This document shows, piece by piece, positions 55,001-61,000 of a DNA stretch of 64,000 bases. Every line of letters begins with the position of its first letter. Position 1 is the stretch's first letter. The notes below the pieces were generated by a model that saw only the letters and a list, made by a program, of their open reading frames with translations, had not been told where the DNA came from and did no database searches. The position numbers and the translations under genes are program-made. The stretch comes from Owenia fusiformis (lineage: Eukaryota): NCBI GenBank assembly GCA_903813345.2, contig CAIIXF020000001.1, positions 22,630,001 through 22,694,000 on the forward strand, read 5' to 3'.

Positions 55001-58000
55001 ACCATAATGAATCATAACCTCTGAAGACACAAAGAGGAAAACATAAGAAACACACAAAATTGAAGCACACTATAGTGAGTTAGTTCGTGTAAGTACATAG
55101 ATGGATTGTACTAGTGTTCTAAACTTTGATGACAATTAAATTATTCATACCAACTTCTCAATCAATATCTCTAACACATACCTTCCCAGAGAAAAACTCT
55201 GCCAAGTTTTGCTGATTCCTGGTCAGATATCTCTGGTTGAGGTCGGCAAGACGTGTGGCAAGGATATGTTCGCGGCTAAATAGATGATGGTGTGAGAATG
55301 TCAGGGCATTTATGTCAACATCCAACTGGTATTTCCCCTGGCTTTGTGATCTGCCATCTATGAATCTGCTGTCAAACTCCTTTGTAATTGCCTGGAAAAA
55401 GAGAGGGAGGGGGTCATACTTCATTTGCAGATAATATTCTACCTTTAATGGTAATTTGTTTAGTTTTACTTCATTTGCAGATTATATTTGGAATTTAACA
55501 GTTTGTTTAGTTCTGCTCCAATAGAGGGAAATAAGGAACCTGAAAGACCATTGGGTTAAGCTCTTGTTGCTGATGTTGTGATCATGTGATCTCTCTTTGG
55601 GATTGATCATTCTTACCAGTTTTAACTTTCTCATCTTGTCTTCCTGTACTAATTTCTTACTCTTCCTGACAAACTACTATTTTCACAACTTAAATCTTGC
55701 ACATTTATTATACTGTACATTGCACCAAAGTAATTAAAATTCTCGAAATCCCAAAAATTGAGATGAGTATTAATTGACACTGAAATGACATTAGTGTAAC
55801 ATAAACACTTAATATTTAAGTAGATTTCAATGTTTTTCTAGGTTAGGTATTCTAAGGCTTTTCATCCCTCGAAAGTAACTATGAGTAACATTAAAACATT
55901 GATCTAAGGCCTGTATACTTACACAGCTGACACATGACGGTGAGTTTCACTTACTTTTCTATATTCTGTTTCAAAGGCTGGTTCAATTTCTTCGGGAATG
56001 AGTGGTCTTGACTGAATAGCTTTGATAGGATTTGGCAGTGCAATCACTCGACCATCCTCCCCAAACCAGTTTTCACCCTAGGAAACAAAAACACATGTTT
56101 GAGTCATTTTTATTTTATTTATTTATTTATTTTTTGAGTCATTTTTGATAACATGTAAGTTTATCTAACTGATAATTATTAGCTTTAGCCTCAGTTTTTT
56201 CAATAATTATGAAATGAATAAGTATGAACTTGTACACAATAGCGAGGTTTTGCAAGTCGCAACGATTCTTTTACATAGGTAATAAGTATACGCATAAATC
56301 TGGTGGATGCGTTACAGATTTGAGATAAATTGGGCTACCAAAAGATGTTTGAAACCTCTCTATTGTAAAAATAAATCTCTAAGATTTCAACTTCTTGCAA
56401 ATTAAGTTAAATCACAGTCAATTATTTTGTTTAGCTTAATCAAAGTGGTCTACTATCTTTCAATTTACAAAAAAACATTATTTGATCAGTGCTAAAGATA
56501 CGATGGCAGTATTGTGTATATCTATATCTGGGATGGTATATATTAGTTGTACCTTATTGTCCTGGTGCAGGAGTCTGTCTTCCACTCGATTGACATTACG
56601 CTGAGCGACACTTGGCCTCACCCCCACATAGAAACCCTCATCTTCTAGGAACCTGGGGGCTTCCTCATCAAATATCTTCTTCTCTGTGGGAACTTAAGAT
56701 AAAAATAGGAAATTTTTATTTAATATAACAAAATGAACAAGTCATTAACATGCAAATTTGTCACTACCTGCCATTTGTTACAGATGCTGAATGTCGACTG
56801 TGACCCATGAACCATCAAACACTATCCACAAAAAAGTTGGAGACTTCAACAATATTTGTTATACTTGAGGTGGTGACATACATGTATTACCCAATCTGTG
56901 CCACACAGCTAACTTTCGGTAATGTTAAAATTGCCAATTTCTCGGTAAACTGAGATAACTTGGGAAATTGCCACAACAGATCGGATAGATACTATGCATA
57001 GACACAAAATAAATATGCATCACCAATGTTGACAGAAGGTTTGATGGACCAACAGAAAATAATCTTAGAAACTAACTTGATATCATTGATGGAATAAAAT
57101 ATTTCTTCCCCTCCTCTTCTAGACGTTTATGATTGGCGGTGTAATCTGCTCGACCAATCACAATCTTCCTCCACTCCCCACTGGGATCATCAAAGTCGCT
57201 GATCAATGGAGCAGACTCTAAAAATAGACGTATGAGAAAATAAGACTCCATCCTCATATAAATAAAGGTAATGGGATTGAATACTTTTCTTTCAGAGCCC
57301 CCTTCAGAACATATTCATAGTGTGAATGATACATTTCAAGAGTCATATAATATCTAAGGACTCAATACCAGTGAATCCAATGGGGGGTCAATTACATTTT
57401 CCCCACCTAATAAGACCACAAAATATTGTTTACTGGGAGATTCTAGAATAAAATTGAAGTTGGTGAAAAATATTAAAATTTTTGATTCAATAAAGAAAAA
57501 TTCACCTTCAGTATCTTCTGTCCTCTCTTCCACCTTCTCGACATCCTTCAATTAAAACACAATGCAGACATGTTTAGAAATAAATAAACTAATGATCTTT
57601 GTGCTAGCTTAATATTATGTTGTTGAAAAGAAAATGAGGCATGAACTATAAGACACAATGTTCGGTTCATCTCAAACATTTACATTGTAAGAATTGTAAG
57701 TACTTTGGTAAAAACAATAATTCGTGAAGCCTGGTGTGGCTTGTTACTTGGCAAGTTTGGTGATTATAAAAACTGATCAATGGTGGAAATGTGGCTGCTA
57801 TAAAATCAACTTGGCCAGGATAACATCCAAGTTACTTGCCAAGCTAGCTACTGTGAGTCAATACTGGATTATGAGAAAGGTATGCTCAGATGTTGTATTA
57901 ATTGGAAAGATAAAACACTGCCCCCAGGATTCCGTGTTTGCAGAGCGCGGACGGAATTTGCCTCTGCCCGCGGAATTGCAGAATCAACTATTTTGGTCAA

Positions 58001-61000
58001 TTTCCGCGGAATTTTCCGCAGAATCCATATATTTTCCAAAAGTTTAAAAAGTCAGTCTTACCTGTAACAATTTGACACGTTTTCAGTCAAATCCCTTGCA
58101 GAAATAACCCAAATTATGCGAAGTGAAAATTCTAAACGCCATCGTTTGATTTCTGCCGTTAGATGGCAGCATGTATGTAGTGACTGAGTAGTGACTGACT
58201 ACCTGACTATCACGATATTTTCCCGTTTACTGGTTCGAAAACCATTAATATCCGCGGAATTTCTGCAGAATTAGCCCTTTCTTCTTGCAGAATTCACTAA
58301 TTTCACTTGCAGAATTGAGCATTTTAACTTGCAGAAAACTGGGGGGAGTGATATAAGAACACACTGTTCAGGCTACAGGGTTCCACAAAGAATGTTTCAC
58401 CCTGTATACTCTACCATTGTTACTCTCACCTTATCTTTGTCAACTAGTGGCTCACCCTCCTCAGCATTCTCCCCACTTGTGCCTGGCTGTGGCTCTTCCT
58501 CCTTCTTTACTTCCTTCTTGGGCTGTTCTGGTTTCTCATCATCCTCCCCATCATCAGCATCCCAGTTAGAGGTAAAGAAGTTGTAGCTTTCATCTTTTGT
58601 GGGGAATATGCTCTGTAAATTAATCAGCAAATAGTTTTTAGAATATAGGATGGGGTTCACATGACATTGAATTCAAAGATGAAGAGAGAATCTATGCTTT
58701 TAATTCATTCTCCTTTGAAAAGTTTCAGGCTGGACCAATGTTTTAAAAAACTAAAAAGCAATATTAAACAGACTACTCATATTCAAACAAAATGCCTAAT
58801 AACTGTAACAAAATAAGCTGAATAAAAAAATATTAAAACAGCCATGAATGAATATTCAAAAATTATACTAAAAATATTCAACAATAAAATTAGTCGAATT
58901 TATCTGATGATATATCGACAAAGCTTTATATGTAACTCCTTGAAGAATGAATATACATTGAGATATGCAAAGATAAACATCATACATTAATCTAGTCTTG
59001 AACCAGGTTCTTTTGTAATATTCCAATATGCATCACCCTCTCTATATTCTCTAGCTTAGCAAAGAAATATTGTGTATTTGTATACGTCTCTGGGGGATGG
59101 AGGGGGTTAAGAGGGGGTAGAGTAGGAGCAGAGGGAGGGGTTGAAGTGAGAGATGGAATGGGGTGGAGTAGGAGTAGAGTGGTTGAAGGGGGTGGAGTAG
59201 GAGCAGAGGGGTGGAAGGGAATATAGTAGGAGCAGAGGGATGGAAGGGGGTAGAGTAGGAGCAGAGGAAGAGTTTGAAGTGGGAGATGAAAGGGGGTGGA
59301 GTAGGAGCAGAGGGGTGGAAGGGGGTGGAGTAGGAGCAGAAGGGGAGAGGGACTAGAAGGGGGTGGAGTAGGAGCAGAACGGGTGAGGGACTAGAAGGGG
59401 GTGGAGTAGGAGCAGAGGGGTGGAAGGGGGTGGAGTAGGAGCAGAAGGGGAGAGGGACTAGAAGGGGGTGGAGTAGGAGCAGAATGAGTGAGGGACTAGA
59501 AGGGGGTGGAGTAGGAGCAGAGGGGTGGAAGGGGGTGGAGTAGGAGCAGAAGGGGAGAGGGACTAGAAGGGGGTGGAGTAGGAGCAGAACGGGAGAGGGA
59601 CTAGAAGGGGGTGGAGTATGAGCAGAGACTTGATACAAGACTACTGTAACTTTATTCCTACCTTGACAACCAATGTGGAATCTTTCACCTACAATGTATA
59701 CAACAACAACGCAATTAAACAAGCCCCTAAGACTAAAAGCACTATTATATATCTTTCTAATAAAATTGAATGAAAAAGTGCTATACAAGCATTTAAATCA
59801 AATTGCTACATCAATTTGTGCTGCTCTGTTGAAATATATATATAACTAGCTCTAGTACAGTGTATCGTATATCACACAGTTAAAAGTGACTCTGATTTAA
59901 AACTACATACTAAACTAAAACTCAGAAATTGAGGGTTTTAATTAAGAATATGATGCCAATGGGAAGATGGTGTCAATACTATAAGTTATTGAATAATTTG
60001 AAGTGCAATACAGGATATATTCTGCTCGAGAAATTCTGTATTGGAACGAGATGAAGCCGAGTGCCAATACAGAATACTGAGACAGAATGTATCCTGTATT
60101 GCACTTCAAATCATTCTATAAAGTTTTTATCGTGTGATCCTCTGTATTGCTACTGAGAATGTCCCCTCCATACCAATATTTTCTGTATTGCGATGGAGAT
60201 GATCAATGCGGACAATCTCAGTAGCAATACAGATTGGCACAGCACAAGAACTGACCAATCAGAGTGCTTCATTTTACAGATCATACGATAAAGAAAAATT
60301 ATATGTATTTAGTAAACAATGATGTTAATGCAGAATTTGAACAGAAAATGAAGTTACGACAGGAATTTATGTCAAAACATGATGTCAATACAGAAGACTA
60401 TGTCAATGCAGAGGGAGATATAAATAGACCAATGATGTAAGCACACAAGCAAACACACATGAAAATGATGTCATCAATAACAAAGATGTAAACACAAATG
60501 AAAATGTTAACATAGAAAATGATGTCAACACAGATAACCTGTCACTGTTGTACCTTGGAGGTGACTTTGTCAGCAGCCTTCTTCCACTTAACCCTGTTAT
60601 TCATAGACTTTTCCAGCATCTTCTCTGCTTCAACCTCATCCTTGGTTAACTAAGAATTAAAATCAAATATACAATCAGATATATTTTCCATTGAGTTGAA
60701 GATTGAATAATTTTTTGCTTATTATTGGGACAATTCTATTTTTTGGACTCTGTAGTTATAGAAATGACGACATTAAAATCCCAATAGTTAAAAAAATGCA
60801 GGCCCAAAGCCATGGGGGGGGGGGCATCTTTCAAAATCATGCAGTTTTTCACCATTCTGAGCACTTGTGTCTCAAGTGATTTTAGGCCAAAGTTGTCAAA
60901 AGTAAATCCCCCTGGAAATTCTTGGCAAAAGCTGGCTACGGCCAGAAAAGTCATGCAACGTTAGCACTATGTGTGCTTAAACGATATCATCACTAATTTA

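Noticed and set aside
59051-59788. 245-aa Pro/Leu-rich minus-strand ORF
   Set aside because: Arises from the stop-poor purine/pyrimidine minisatellite; no domain, non-ATG start.
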